Assembly: GCA_963575745.1 (NCBI GenBank)
Contig: CAUYUJ010000336.1
Coordinates: 372,001-436,000, forward strand
Reading direction: 5' to 3'
Source of the DNA: Prorocentrum cordatum
Taxonomy: Eukaryota
Length of the DNA stretch: 64,000 nucleotides
The translations under genes were made by a program, and so were the position numbers. Numbering within the stretch: position 1 is the first letter of the stretch; each line of letters begins with the position of its first letter. Positions 12,708 through 26,200 of the stretch are shown here, one piece after another. The notes beneath the pieces were generated by a model. The model worked only from the letters and a program-made list of their open reading frames with translations, was not told the origin of the DNA and ran no database searches.

Positions 12708-15542
12708 GCGCGGGCGGCGGGGTCGGCGTCGTCCGCGCCGCTGTCGCGGCCGCGGTCCACCACCTCGCCCCCCCCCTCGTGGCCTCGTGTTCCGTCTCCT
12801 CCGCCTCCCCCGCCCCCCCTCCCTCCCCCCCCCGTTTTCCTCTCTCCTTGGCGCGGGCTGGGGATCCGAGGTGGCCCGGCAGTGGTTCCGCCGAGCAGGT
12901 CGGCGTGGCGGGTCCCAGCTGAGGGTGTTCGGCGGGCCGAGGTTCGAGGTTCTGAATTCGAGAAGCTTTTTATTTGTTCGCCCTCCTCCAGAACCCCAGG
13001 ATCGTCAAAAAACCCATCCGGGACACCAGCTGGACCCTCGGAGGTGTTTGGGGACAGATCTTGAGCGGATTTGCCCCGGCCCATCCAGTTCAGACCCCGC
13101 AGCCGCCTCCAATTGCCTCGTTCTTTTTCCATCTCTCCCCCGTCTTCTGAGGGCATCGTGAGGCGGCCTGGAAAAAGCATGGTGTCGCCAGCGATACCTG
13201 GGTGCTGATTGGCTTGGTCCTTCCTCCTCCCCTCCCCGCCTTCCCCCTCCCCATCCCCCTTCCGGTTGCCCCTGCCCCTCACCTTTCTCCATGGTTCGCC
13301 TCATCCTCCGCCGTGCGCCCCCTCCTTGCTTCCCCCCTCCGCACCCTGTTTGGTTCCACGGTTGCGGGCTTTGTGCGCTGGGGTCACGCCAGCCTCTCAA
13401 CGCCCCAGCGAGCCCGAGGAGCAGGGATCCTTATTCGAGGCACGAGCCCCTGGTGTCCAGCACAAGCGTTGCGCAGCTGTCTGGCGCAGGTGAAGGTGGC
13501 CATCGCAAATGCTGGACACACTCTGGTCCAGCGCAACCCGGGGGCCCGGGGGCTCACAAAACATATCTTTTATCTTTCTGTTGCTCGTCCGTGGTGAGCC
13601 CGCAGACGCAGTGGTTCTGTACGCCCACGGGAAAGTGGGGACAGGCACGGGGTGTTTCGAGAGGATGGCACGCACGGAATGTGGATAATATGACATCCGG
13701 GATCGATCAAGACGGGATCTCCTGATTCATCTGGACCCCTCTTCCTCCTTGCGTTTCTTTTTCCCCTCGCCTCTCTCCGCAGTGATTTCTTGCAGCACGT
13801 GCACCAAACTACTTGCATGCGCAGCCCCGCTGACGTTTTGCATCACATTGACAGAACGAGGACAACTCATGCATATGAATTGACGCGTTGGCTGGTTCTT
13901 CTTGGGCTGCACCCTTCGGCGGCACCAGCCACCGACGAATACAACGCGCAGATCCACCAGGGGAACGAATTCTTCAGGCGATACCACTGTGTCTGATTCA
14001 AGATGCGCTTGCGGGCTGTCCTTCTAGTCATCATCTACGAGAGATCAAGCACACGGCGGACGAGCCAGCGCAGCGTTTGAGGCGGCGCAGCCCGTTCGGC
14101 CGTTCGGTGAGTCTGCATCCCATTCACATATACCAAGTGACTACCGGCGCGGTGCAGCGCGTTGCAGAACCCCATTCTGGGGGAATGCGCAGTTGTTGGA
14201 CGACTAGGACGCCATCTCGAAGGAGCTCCATGGCCGGCGGCGACCTGCGCGAAGCAGCTGCCGAGGTTCGCGCTGGAGGCCTGGACCGACGGCGACTTCG
14301 CGGGCGCTCTTGCGCGGGAGAGTCGACGTCCAGCGCCGTGACGTGGAAGCTGGGCGTATCGAGGCCGCCCTCGTCGCGAAGTTCACGCAGGCCCTGGGGC
14401 TCAAAGTCTGCGGAGGCCGCGGCCGCCCTGCCCTGCGGGCCGCGCTTGGAGATGAGGGCCGGTTTGGGTCGCCGCGCTCCGCTGCGCAAGTTCGAGGAGC
14501 CCCGGCCCATGTCTCTGCCGCCGGGGGGGCGCCCTGTGCGAAGTTCTCAGGAGACGCGCAGCGAGGTGCACTACCAACGACAACGACAGCGTGGACGACA
14601 ACCGACGACGACGAGCGACGACCGACGACGACGACGACGAGGTACGATGACGACGACGGCGACGAAAACACGTACGGATGTGTTGCATAGCTGATCTCAG
14701 GCAGGAGGTCGAATGCACGCGCAGCCTTGCTGACTGTTGGGCTAAGATTCCTCAAGTGACGGAATGCTTCATTCATCGCTTAGTATTCGGGCAGCCTCTC
14801 TTGCGAGTCCTTGGCTGTTTTGCGATTTGCCTCCTTCCCCCGTGTTTGCACATGCGTAAATCCAAATGTACATCGATAGGTTTCCCTCATCACGCAGACC
14901 AGCAGGCCGTCGAACAGTCGTTCCTGCGAGCCGCGTTATGTTCTGGTACGAATAATTCCTCACCTCCTTTCCTGATGTTCGTGCTGCTCTTCCCGTCCTC
15001 CACCTTGTCCTCCTCCTCCTCAATCCCCCCGCCCTCCCATTCCAGGAGATGCGCGCTGGAATGCCAGCAGCCCGTTGGCCGTCGACTGTTCGCTTGCAGT
15101 CCGACAGGAAGGCAGTTGCCTTTTTTGCAAACCTCTGATTACACGCAGCCGAATCCCCCAACTACTACTGTAGTTTTCTTCTGTCGGGCCGCGGGGGACG
15201 GGCGGGCGCGCCAGGCGCGAATCTGGCCCAAGTGAAGTAACGCTCTTGCTGGAACAGGAACAGAGTCAAGAAAACTGTCCAACACCTCCCCCATTCCTTA
15301 TCGTTCTTCTTCTCTGATTTCTCCTGATGTCTCCTCCTTCGCCTACTCTTTCCTTCTCCTGTCTCGTCGTCCTCCTCCTCCTTTTCATCCTCCTCCCCAT
15401 AATCATCTTCATCGTCATCATCCTCGTCCGTGTCTTTCTTTTTCCCCCTCCCCCTCCATCCTCCCTCATCCCCGACGGCGACGACTACCACACCCTCGAT
15501 TCCGAAGACGACGACGACGACCTCCACAACCTGGGCGCGCAG

Positions 15543-15587
15543 GCAGTTCTTGGCCACCGCGGACTTCACGCGGTCGGTCTACGATGA
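15543..15587 (+). CDS. Exon C: QFLATADFTRSVYD(E)
   Basis: CAG|G acceptor and GA|GC donor at 15588. The split GAG codon is completed by exon D. Confidence 0.88.
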   Translation, partial: AVLGHRGLHAVGLR

Positions 15588-16499
15588 GCCCCGCCCCCGG
15601 CGCACCGTCACGCGCTCCGCGCCTTTCTTCCCTCCTCCCCCAGTCCTTATTCCTTCTGCCGCTCTTCACCCTCCTACTCCTTGTGTGTGCCCTCCTCCCC
15701 CCGTCCACAGTCCCCCATCTGCCGCTCTTCACCCTCCTTTTCCTTGTGTGTGCCCTCCTCCTCCTCCTCCTCCTCCTCCTCCTCCTCCTCCTCCTCCTCC
15801 TCCTCTTCCTCTTCCTTTTCCTTCCCTCTGCTACAAATGGCCCATCATATGTGATGTTCGCATCTTGGGATCTACCTTTCAAGGCAGGTGCGTGCTAGTC
15901 CTTCACTGGAATCCCCGATGCCTTTTTTTTCCTCTTCTTGCTCGTGTGTTCGTGGGACGGTCCAGTCTAGCGGCGCGCCACCCAGAACACCGACAAGCCC
16001 TTCCCTTTGCGAATAGCCCTCTTCATCGCCCCCCCTTCCCTTTTCCTTATATCCCTCCACAGTTCCCTTTTCCATCCGAAGCTTCACTCGTATCCTTCAT
16101 CCCGCCTGCGCCTGCCGGTTTTCCTCCTCCTCCTCCTCCTCTTCCTCCTCCTTTTCCTCCTCCTACTCTTTCTCCTCCTCCTCCCTTTCCTCCTCCTCCT
16201 CCCTTTCCTCCTCCTCCTCCTCCTCCTCCTCCTCCTCCCTCTTCTCCTTGTATATTTATCATTCCCCCTCTCTTCTCTCCTCTCCTCTCCTCTCCTCTCC
16301 TCTTATCTCCCCCTCCTTCTCCTCCTCTTCCTCTCCCTGTTCCTCCTGCTGTCTCCTCCTGTTCCTCTTTCTCCTCCTCTTTTATCTCGTTGGCTATATG
16401 TTCTCCTTCCTCTCTTGTCACTCCTCTCTTCCCTTCAGCTCGAAAGGTAGTTTCCTGTATCGCCTTGCCTTCCTTGCCTTTCCCTTATCATTTGCCTAC

Positions 16500-19400
16500 C
16501 CGCTGCAATTTGGAACTGGGGCGCGCGAAGTGTACGTAACGCGCCCGTCTGGCGCCCGTTTACCGCTTTCGCTCCAGCGAGCAAAACACGATCCTTCACC
16601 CTACATGTTCGCTCATGGGTCACAGCGGGGCTGCGACTCCGTTCCGCTACCCCCCCAGGCCTCTAAAGCCCCAATTTCCAATTTCCTGGCCTACCCTTCA
16701 ACGACGCGCTGGATCGTTTGCACACTGTTCGCTCCAATTTTGCGAAAGGAAGCGCGCGTGATCACAACCACTACAGGATCGGCAACTACACGAACCTCAC
16801 GTTTGTTCCCAACCGTCGCAAGGATCACAAGCTATACGAAGAGTACGACTTCAAAAGCTACAAGGACGGCGGCTCGCTGCCCGTACCTGCCTTTTTTTCA
16901 CCCTGGGCTTACCCAGCGTAAGTTTGAGTCGCTTGCGGATCCAGTGGCTCTGTCCATTTCATGGTCTTACATATCCACAGGAGGGGAGCCAAGTGCATGA
17001 CATGATCAGTTGATCGACGCAAAGTTCGCAGCAGCAGCCTCAGCCAAGGACCCCGAGCAGCTCACAACTATGCTAGAGCCACGGGAAGTGCTGGCGGACG
17101 AGAGTTTGGATGAGAGGTGGACGTCAGTGGAGCGCATGGTGACTATGTTGTCAGTTCCCCAAGGCGAAGCAGATCGAGAACAATGTGCGTTCGAATTCTT
17201 GGAACATCACATGCCGCCACGCCCACCAGCCCCCATTCAGTCAGGCAGGGCGAGATCCCGATGCGCACTCCTTTTGACGATCGCGCAGTCGGCGGCATTC
17301 ATCACAGCGATGACACGACGCACGAAGTGCATTCCCACACCTACGTCGCGGGATGTCCCGAGCGCGGCGGGCGGCACAACGACGCACCGGAATGCCGCGC
17401 CCAACGCGCTGACGAGGAGGAACACATCCGGGGCAGGAGCTCACGACGGCTCCGAGGATCACGGTCAACGCCGTCGGTGGCGTCCCGGACTAGCACCTCC
17501 TGGACACGTGGGGGGGGCTCCATTCCGGACGGAAGGCCATCGGAGCGGGCATGCTCGCATTGGCCAGCGGCCTGACCTGCGTGGGCACGGGCGGTGGGTA
17601 TGACAGCATGCGACACCTCCGCACCTGGGGGCCCGAAGAGCAGCCTCGGCTTCCCTTCCAACGTTGGGCGCGGGCGGGAATGTCGGAATGACCTCGTCAG
17701 CGGTTAAATCGGACCTCCGCGAGTTTCGCCGGGCGGCCCGCGTCGCGCATCGCCTTGCTGGGTGGCCCGCGAGCGCGCGGGCGAGTGGTCGCCCGCCGTC
17801 GGTCGGCAGGGGGCCCCCATCAACGGCGACCCAGCGCCGCCGACGACCTCCCCGACGCGCTGTCTGGCCGACCGTCGGGGCCAACTGGGCGAGGAGTGGT
17901 TCGCCTCGGCAGCGTCGGAACTGATGAAATTCAACCGACTGCCGCAGAGGCGCACTGGCGACCACCTCGCGCGTTTCGACATCTTCCGCAGTCGCGCGCA
18001 ACGAGCTGGTCAGTTCATGGTCGGCCACGAAGATTCCAGCCACCGCCCAGCGCAGTCGGGGCGCCCGCCGAGCAGCTGTCCATTATTTTGCAGCGCTCCG
18101 ACGCGGCCTACCCGACCAGCGAAGCACAGCTCGCGCGCGCGACGGGCCAGCTGCGACGCTTTGGGCGCACGATTCAGGGGTCGCCCGGCAATCTCGCACG
18201 AGCGGTGCATCGGGCCCGACGGCGAGCTTCTGTCGCGGGCGCGCCCTCGCAAGATCGGCCTCAGAGTGTCCGCGACACAACGGCTGGATCAAGCTGGGGC
18301 GGTCTGGGCCCATCTGCGTTGGGGCGGCAAAGGCCGCCGAGCCGTCTTGGCCGACCTGTCCGAGAATGACCCCCGACAGACATTCGCGGGTTTCGGGGCG
18401 GGCAGAGACCAGAGACAATGGAAAAAATTGTGATTCAGGGCAGGCGATGGGCCGCCGAGGTAGCCCCGCGGGCCCTGGCGGGGCGCGCCCCTAATTCCGC
18501 GAGTGCGAGTCAGAAGAACACTTGATGTGCGCGATCGCCCCCCTGCGCCGCAACCGCGGTTCTCGACTTTTGCGCGACGTCGCCATCAGTGCTCGCGCCG
18601 CCCCCGCACCTGGCGCAGCCAGGGCCGCGGGGCTCAGCGGAGCAGCGGCATTTGACGGGCGCGCGCGCGCGCGGTCTGGACGGGCAGGGGCGCCGCCAGA
18701 CCTTGGCCGCCCATGGCCGCGGGGCCGGGCGACGGCGATTCCGCGCAGAGCGCTGGCCCTTGGAATGGTGGACAGCCGACGTCGGCGTCGGCAGCGCAGC
18801 GGTCTGCGGCCGCATCCGCCATTCCAAGTTCGTCGTCGGACGGCCCGCGGCAGCAAGTGGGCCGCAGCACGCGGTCGCGACGGGCTAGCGCAGCGCCCCC
18901 ATCCTCGTCGCCCAACCCACGCGACGCCGAACCACGACGACTGCGACGGGAGATGGGCGACTTCACGGGCCACGCGCGAGCCTCGACTCAGCCGACGGAC
19001 CCCGCGACTACGTCGCAGGCCCACTGGCTGCGGCGGGGGGGCCGGCACCGGCCGCGCCCGCGGCGCCGACATCTCCAGCAGACCCGCCGACGCTATCGCA
19101 GCGCGCCCGAGTTGGCGGCGCACCCCCCCCGAGACAGGCCAAGGGGCGCGACTGGTTGGGCGGCCTCAACGCGCGAGCCGCCGCCCCCTCGCCACTAGCT
19201 GCTCGCGCGCAGTTTCCGAGCTGGGCCCGCGCGCCCTGCGCGGCTGCGCTCGGCAGAAGCGCGCCGCGTGGATTGAGTTCTAGCTGGCCGCCGCAGTCGG
19301 CTCTTGCACCTGCGTCGCCCCCAGTGCGCCGGTTCCCCCGCGGACCGGCCCCGTTCGATTCAGACAGACCAGCGGGCGTGAGCCGACCGTCGGGGGGGGG

Positions 19401-21260
19401 CGACATGGGCGCCCAACGGCAGCCGATCCGAGCACGGCGCGCGCGTCATTCGCGACCGCGCCCAACGACGACGACGAGCTCCGCTGCCCGCAACTAGCGC
19501 TGGAGCTACTGCGACATCAGGACGAGCAGCTGCGGCGAGGCGCGCGGAGTTGGGCGTGGGCCCTTGCCCCCCCCCCCCCGCGCTGGCCGCGGCGCCCGCC
19601 GCGCCTCCCCGGGTGGCCGTTTTCGCCAGCGACAACCAGGAGTGCCCCGTCAGTCTTGGGGCGTGCGTGCACGCCGAGAGGGCTGCACTGAGCACTGCGC
19701 CGACGCATTCTGCGCCGCGCATGCCACCTGCAACTCGCGCAGAACACCGCCGCCAGCACGGCCCGCTGCCCGCGCGCCGCGGACCAGCCGACGCCATCGA
19801 CATCTTCCGCTGCATTGGCGCAGATCGCGCGCCCGCGGGCCCGGCCCACTGCGCCGGCCAGGGGGGCGCCTGCAGGGGGCGCGCTGGAGGAGACGCCGCC
19901 GCGACAGGACAAAGCGCAGTCTCGACGCCACGGCCCGGTCAGCAGCGGGCGCAGCGGTGCCATGCAGCGCCCGCCTGGATTTTCACGTGCATCCATTTGG
20001 GCTTACTTCAGATGGGCCTACACTCCCGTGGTGGCCCACTTCGTCAGGCGCAGGTTCGAACTCGCACGACGACCCGCCATGCTACTTGGCATGTACTTCG
20101 AGCGATCGCTATCAGTAGGCACCACCGTCGGCGCCGGCGCCTGGACCGACCTCCAGGGGGCGCGGTTCGCCCAGGACTTGGCGCGGCGAGCCGCGCGGGC
20201 GAAGTTCTGCCCCTCGGGGGGAATGTTGTCATCTCTATTGCACGCGGCAGGAGCAGGTAGCAGGTCAGGAGGCGAATTGGGAGATTGGCTGCCCCATCGC
20301 GACGACGTCGCGCGACAACTCGCGCCGCTTACGGAGCTCACGCTGCTGGCGATGGGCAGCGATAGCCAGGGCCACTGCGACGTCGACGGATGAGAATGCA
20401 GCCAGTTAGAGGTGCATCCTCTCAGTGTGGATGCGAGAGCACCTGCGCGTAGCGCCGCCGGGGCGCTGCCGGCTACGAGTGCGCGCTAGCTCCGACACTG
20501 GCATTCCGCTTTACGGTGGGGATGTGGCGCCCACGGACATAGATGCATGAGCGCCACCAGACACATAAGTACATATTGCCCCACGCTCAGGTCTCGCCCC
20601 CAGAGGCATCGGCATCGCCGGCGGCGCGGCGGGCCCCGAGCACCGCGGGGAGATCAAGGACACCGTGCACAACGCAAACCCGCGGATCCACGTTGTCGAG
20701 CAGGGCCACCACAGCGCCAGCTCATCCTGGAACGGCGCAACGACGACGCCGAAATTGTCGCCCCCACCCTACCTTCATCGTATCGGGGATCGGGTGGCTT
20801 TCGACATGCGGGCATGACGTACATCAGCCCCAACGCTATCCCGAGCGACGTGGCCCGTCCGACTTCCGAGGGCCACTTCGGCACTTATGGCGCCAACTGC
20901 CCTGGGGAGCCGGCGCGCGGGGAAATCGCATGGCCGGCCCGCCAGGCTGGCCCTGCCGCCCCCCCCCCAGCAGAAATGGGCAGCAGGACCAGGACGCCCC
21001 GCCCAGGCCCCAGAGCAGGGACGGGATACATCACGGGCACTAGAGGCTCAGCTCCGACGTCATCCGACTCGACTTCGAGTGCGCCGTCAGCTCGCTGGAA
21101 GATAGGGCCTTCCCCAGCACCATCTACATCATGTTATCATGTTGTGGATTACGTGCGACACGAGCAGGAATGAGGTTCACCGTGTCCTCGATTCTCTGCC
21201 CGCGGACTGGCGCGCCCTGGTCAAGGACGCCGGCGCCTGGATCGCGGGGGCCTCGAGCGG
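16500..21260 (+). mobile_element. Heavily decayed non-LTR retrotransposon (APE endonuclease, RT, C-terminal Cys/His region)
   Basis: Collinear degenerate motifs across frames: GQE (about 17430), GD and LARFDIF (about 17820-17990, like SRLDRIF), NQECPVS (about 19635, like QGCPLS), PADAIDIF (about 19785, like YADDI), HFGTYGANCP (about 20875). Many frameshifts; boundaries approximate. Confidence 0.6.
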
Positions 21261-21261
21261 T

Positions 21262-22094
21262 TTTGGGTCAGCTTGGGCCAGCTTGACGTGGTTTTGGCAA
21301 CCTTGGAAGCCGCCCTGGAGACACGGCCCAAGAGGTCTCCAAGAGTCCTACCAGGAAAGCCCGAGGAGGCCCAAACGAATGATTTTCGATGGCTTTCAGC
21401 AGATTTTGAGGTTCTGGCGCGTTTGGGCTTCCGACCGCGACAGGCCAAAGGCCTCTCTGGGCCGTTTCGCTGTTCTGTGGAACGCTTCAAGGCAGTCTTG
21501 GTGCCCTTCCGGGAGCCCTTGAGGTCATATTCGGACCCTCTTGGCCCGACTTGCGGCCCTCTCGGGGGCCTCTCGGGTTGTCTCAGCGCTATCTGGGAAA
21601 TCTGTTGGAGGGCTTTTGGGCCGCCCCGGGCGGTCGGAAACCCGAACTGGCGAGAATTTCAAAACCTTCCAACACCTGTTGGACAACGGCAGTTGTGCCC
21701 CACTCGGGCTCCCCAGAAAGGCCGCGTGGAGCTCTCTGCGACCGTTTTGGAGGATTCCTGGGCCGACTTGAGGCCCTCTAGGGTGTTTTTTGGATGCCTC
21801 ATGGGCCGCTGTGAGGTTGTTTTTAGTAAACGCTCTTGTTATCTGGGGCCGTCTTGAGCCGGTTTGTCGTCGCATCGGCAGTTGGCTTGGAGGCCATCTT
21901 GGCCGTCTTGGAGGCCGAACAGAGCGCCCGGGGGCATCGTCAGAAGGGGGGCGACTTTTGAACCCCAGGGGGAGGGGGTCGAAATTTGAAAACTATGTCA
22001 AAAATGTCGTTCGAATACGTTTTAAACAACAATCCCCGTGGACTGCAGGAGCATTCTAGCACGCCCCTTCCGTGCCCGAGGCACGGTGGCGGAT
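21262..22094 (-). mobile_element. Non-autonomous element with TCTTGG-rich body ending in hairpin plus GGCGGAT
   Basis: CCGTGCC-CGA-GGCACGG-TGGCGGAT at 22070-22094. The body resembles 43600-44130 and 54370-54960. Left boundary approximate. Confidence 0.5.
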
Positions 22095-22821
22095 GACGGG
22101 AAGCGCCTCCGGCGTGCACCGTTGGTTCAGGGGCTTAATTTTCTCTAACTAAGGGGTACCGATTCCATCCCGCACTTCGCTGGCGCCGTCCTGCCTCCAC
22201 TGATGACGGGAAGCGCCTCCGGCGTGCACCGTTGGTTCTGGGGAATTAAGCACCCCCAAAGGCTCCCATTTTTCGTTGGCGGATGACGGGAAGCGCCTCC
22301 GGCGTGCACCGTTGGTTCTGGGGCTTAATTTTCTCTAACTAAGGGGTACGGGCTCCATCCCGAAACTCGTTGGCGGATGACGGGAAGCGTCTTCGAGGTA
22401 CGAGAAGCAAGCGGGACGTTCTGGCTGAATCCTTGAGTAAATATATATATATATATATCTTTAACTATATGGGTTGCCGCGCTGCACGGGGTATGACGGG
22501 AAGCGTCTTCGAGGTACGAGAAGCAAGCGGGACGTTCTGGCTGAATCCTTGAGTAAATATATATATATATATATATATCTTTATATCTATGGGTTGCCGC
22601 GCTGCACGGGATTTTTCGTTGGCGGATGACGGGAAGCGTCTTCGAGGTACGAGAAGCAAGCGGGACGTTCTGGCTGAATCCTTGAGTAAATATATATATA
22701 TATATATATATATCTTTATATCTATGGGTTGCCGCGCCGCACGGGATCATTCGTTGGCGGATGACGGGAAGCGTCTTCGAGGTACGAGAAGCAAGCGGGA
22801 CGTTCTGGCTGAATCCTTGAG

Positions 22822-22856
<35 letters not shown>

Positions 22857-23128
22857 TATATATCTATGACGGGAAGCGTCTTCGAGGTACGAGAAGCAAG
22901 CGGGACGTTCTGCTGAATCCTTGAGTAAATATATATATATATATCTTTATATCTATGGGTTTTTTTCATTGGCGGATTCCCCAAAATGGCCATTTCGCTC
23001 GAGACATCCTCGAAAAATCGAGGTGTTGGAGGTTATCGTTTAAGACGTCTTATGTCAAAAATGACGGTTGACGGGAAGCGTCTTCGAGGTACGAGAAGCA
23101 AGCGGGACGTTCTGGCTGAATCCTTGAG

Positions 23129-23163
<35 letters not shown>

Positions 23164-23208
23164 TTATATCTATGGGTTGCGGGGTGCACGGGGGTTTTTT
23201 GGGCGGAT
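22095..23208. repeat. Head-to-tail array of about 80-135 bp units starting GACGGGAAGCG (3 type-A and 6 type-B units with (TA)n)
   Basis: Units start near 22095, 22205, 22285, 22379, 22495, 22628, 22763, 22868 and 23070. Most end in TTGGCGGAT. Confidence 0.9.
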
Positions 23209-26200
23209 TCCCCAAAATGGCCATTTCGCTCGAGACATCCTCGAAAAATCGAGGTGTTGGAGGCTATCGTTTAAGACGTCTTATGTCAAAAATGACGGTT
23301 TCGCTCGAGACATCCTCAAAAAATCGGGATGTTGAAAAATATCAAAAATTTTTGTTATGCATGAAAAATGAGCGTTTCGCTCGAGACATCCTCGAAAAAA
23401 TGAGATGCCGACAGAGGTGTTTTAGAACCTCTTATGTCAAAAAAGACGTTTTCGCTCGGGACGTCCTCAGAAAATGAGCAGGTGGTCTGCCGTGCTCCCG
23501 TGTGGAGCACGGCAGACCACGGCCATTTCGCTCGAGACATCCTCAAAAAATCGAGGTGTGGTCTGCCGTGCTCCTGTGTGGTCTGCCTTGCTCCTGGGGG
23601 GCAAACCAGCAACACGTCAAGAAGTTACCCAGGGGACCAATCAGCAACACGTCAAGAAGTTATCCTGGGGGGCAAACCAGCAACACGTCAAGAAGTTATC
23701 CCGAAGGGGCAAACCAGCAACACGTCAAGAAGGTGCTGATGGGGGGCAAACCAGCAACACGTCAAGAAGTTATCCTGGGGGGGAAACCATTTCGCTCGAG
23801 ACATCCTCAAAAAATCGAGGTGTGGTCTGCCGTGCTCCTGTGTGGTCTGCCTTGCTCCTGTGGTCTGCCGTGCTCCTCACAGGAGCACGGCAGACCGCGC
23901 GTAGGAACCGAGAGGAGCACGGCAGACCAAGACGAGGAGCACGGCAGACCAGGCTTAGGAACCGAGAGGAGCACGGCAGACCAAGACGAGGAGCACGGCA
24001 GACCAGGCACCAAGAGCGCCCTCAAGACGACGGAAAGGATGACCAAGACGAGGAGCACGGCAGACCAAGACGAGGAGCACGGCAGACTATGCCCTAAGAG
24101 TGCCCTCAAGACGGCCGAACAACGGCAGACCACAGAAGAGCACGGCAGACCACAGAAGAGCACGGCAGACCACGGAGCACGGCAGACCACACAAGAGCAC
24201 GGCAGACCAGGAGCACGGCAGACAAGAGCACGGCAGACCCCACAGGAGCACGGCAGACCCCACAGGAGCACGGCAGAGCAGACCCAAAAGGAACACGGCA
24301 GACCACACAGGAGCAAGGCAAACCACAGGAGCACGGCAGACCACACAGGAGCACGGCAGACCCCACAGTAGCAAGGCAGACCCCAAAGGAGCACGGCAGA
24401 CCACCGGAGCACGGCAGACCACACAGGAGTACGGCAGACCCCACATGAGCACGGCAAATCCCAAATGAGCACGGCAGACCACAAGAGCACGGCAGACCAC
24501 ACAGGAGCACGGCAGACTCCACAGGAGCACGGCAGACCACAAAGGAGCACGGCAGACCACACAGGAGCCCGGCAGACGCCACAGGAGCACGGCAGACGCC
24601 ACAGGAGCACGGCGGAACCCACAGGAGCACGGCAGACCGCGCGCGGGTACAACATAAACGCGCCTTTTTGTTGTACCCCGAACGCCGCTGGCGTTTCCCC
24701 AACAGGAGCACGGCAGATCTCACAGGCGCGCGGCAGACCCCAAATGAGCACGGCCGACCACAGGAGCACGGCAGACCCCAAATGAGTACGGCAGACCCCA
24801 AAGAGCACCGTAGACGCCTCAGGAGCACGGCTGACCACACAGGAGCACGGCAGACCACACAGGAGCGCGGCAGAACCACAAAGGAGCAAGGCAGACCCCA
24901 AATGAGCACGGCAGTCCACACGTTCGCACGGCAGACCGCACAGGAGCACGGCAGACCGCACATGAGCACGGCAGACCAAGAAGGAGCACGGCAGACCACA
25001 CAGGAGCACGGCAGGACGGCAGACCACACAGGAGCACGGAGCACGGCAACCACACAGGCAGACCACACAGGAGCACGGCAAACCACACAAGAGCACGGCA
25101 GACCATACAGGAGCACGCCAGACCACACAGGAGCACGGCAGACCACACGTTCGCACGGCAAACTCCACAGGAGCACGGCAGACCCCAAAGAAGCACGGCA
25201 GTGGTACGTGGCACTGCTGTGGTATGCCGTACTAAAAACGTGGAATAGATCATAAGCCCAGGGGACAAGAGGACGCTTCCCGTTCTTGTCCGGTCAGGTT
25301 CGCTCGAGACATCCTCAAAAAATCGGCATGTTGAAAAATATCAAAAATTTTTGTATGCATGAAAAATGAGCGTTTCGCTCGAGACATCCTCGAAAAAATG
25401 AGATGCCGACAGAGGTGTTTTAGAACCTCTTATGTTAAAAATGACGTTTTCGCTCGGGACGTCCTCAGAAAATGAGCAGGTGGTCTGCCGTGCTCCCGTG
25501 TGGAGCACGGCACACGGCAGACCCCACAGGAGCACGGCAGACCCCACAGGAGCACGGCAGAAATTTTTGTTATGCATGAAAAATGAGCGTTTCGCTCGAG
25601 ACATCCTCGAAAAAATGAGATGCCGACAGAGGTGTTTTAGAACCTCTTATGTTAAAAATGACGTTTTCGCTCGGGACGTCCTCAGAAAATGAGCAGGTGG
25701 TCTGCCGTGCTGTCGTGTGGAGCACGGCAGACCACCTGCATTTCGCTCGAGACATCCTCAAAAAATCGAGGTGTGGTCTGCCGTGCTCCTGTGTGGTCTG
25801 CCGTGCTCCTGTGGTCTGCCGTGCTCCTTTCGGTTCCTACGCGCGGTCTGCCGTGCTCCCTGAAGACGACGGAAAGGATGACCAAGACGAGGAGCACGGC
25901 AGACCAAGACGAGGAGCACGGCAGACTATGCCCTAAGAGTGCCCTCAAGACGGCCGAACAACGGCAGACCCCATAGGAGCACGCAGACCACAGAAGAGCA
26001 CGGCAGACCAACAGGAGCACGGCAGACCACACAAGAGCACGGCAGGCCACACAGGAGCACGGCAGACCACACAGGAGCACGGCACCACAAAGGAGCAGCC
26101 AACCACACAGAGAGCAAGGCAGACCCCACACGACCGCAACCCCACAGAGCACGGCAGACCCACGGCAGACCACATGAGCACGGCAGACCACAAAGGAGCA

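Noticed and set aside
16500..21260. Active LINE or intact RT
   Set aside because: The catalytic YADD is degraded and frames are fragmented.
22091..23208. CRISPR array
   Set aside because: Inter-repeat segments are themselves repeated and of uneven length; no cas genes; eukaryotic context.
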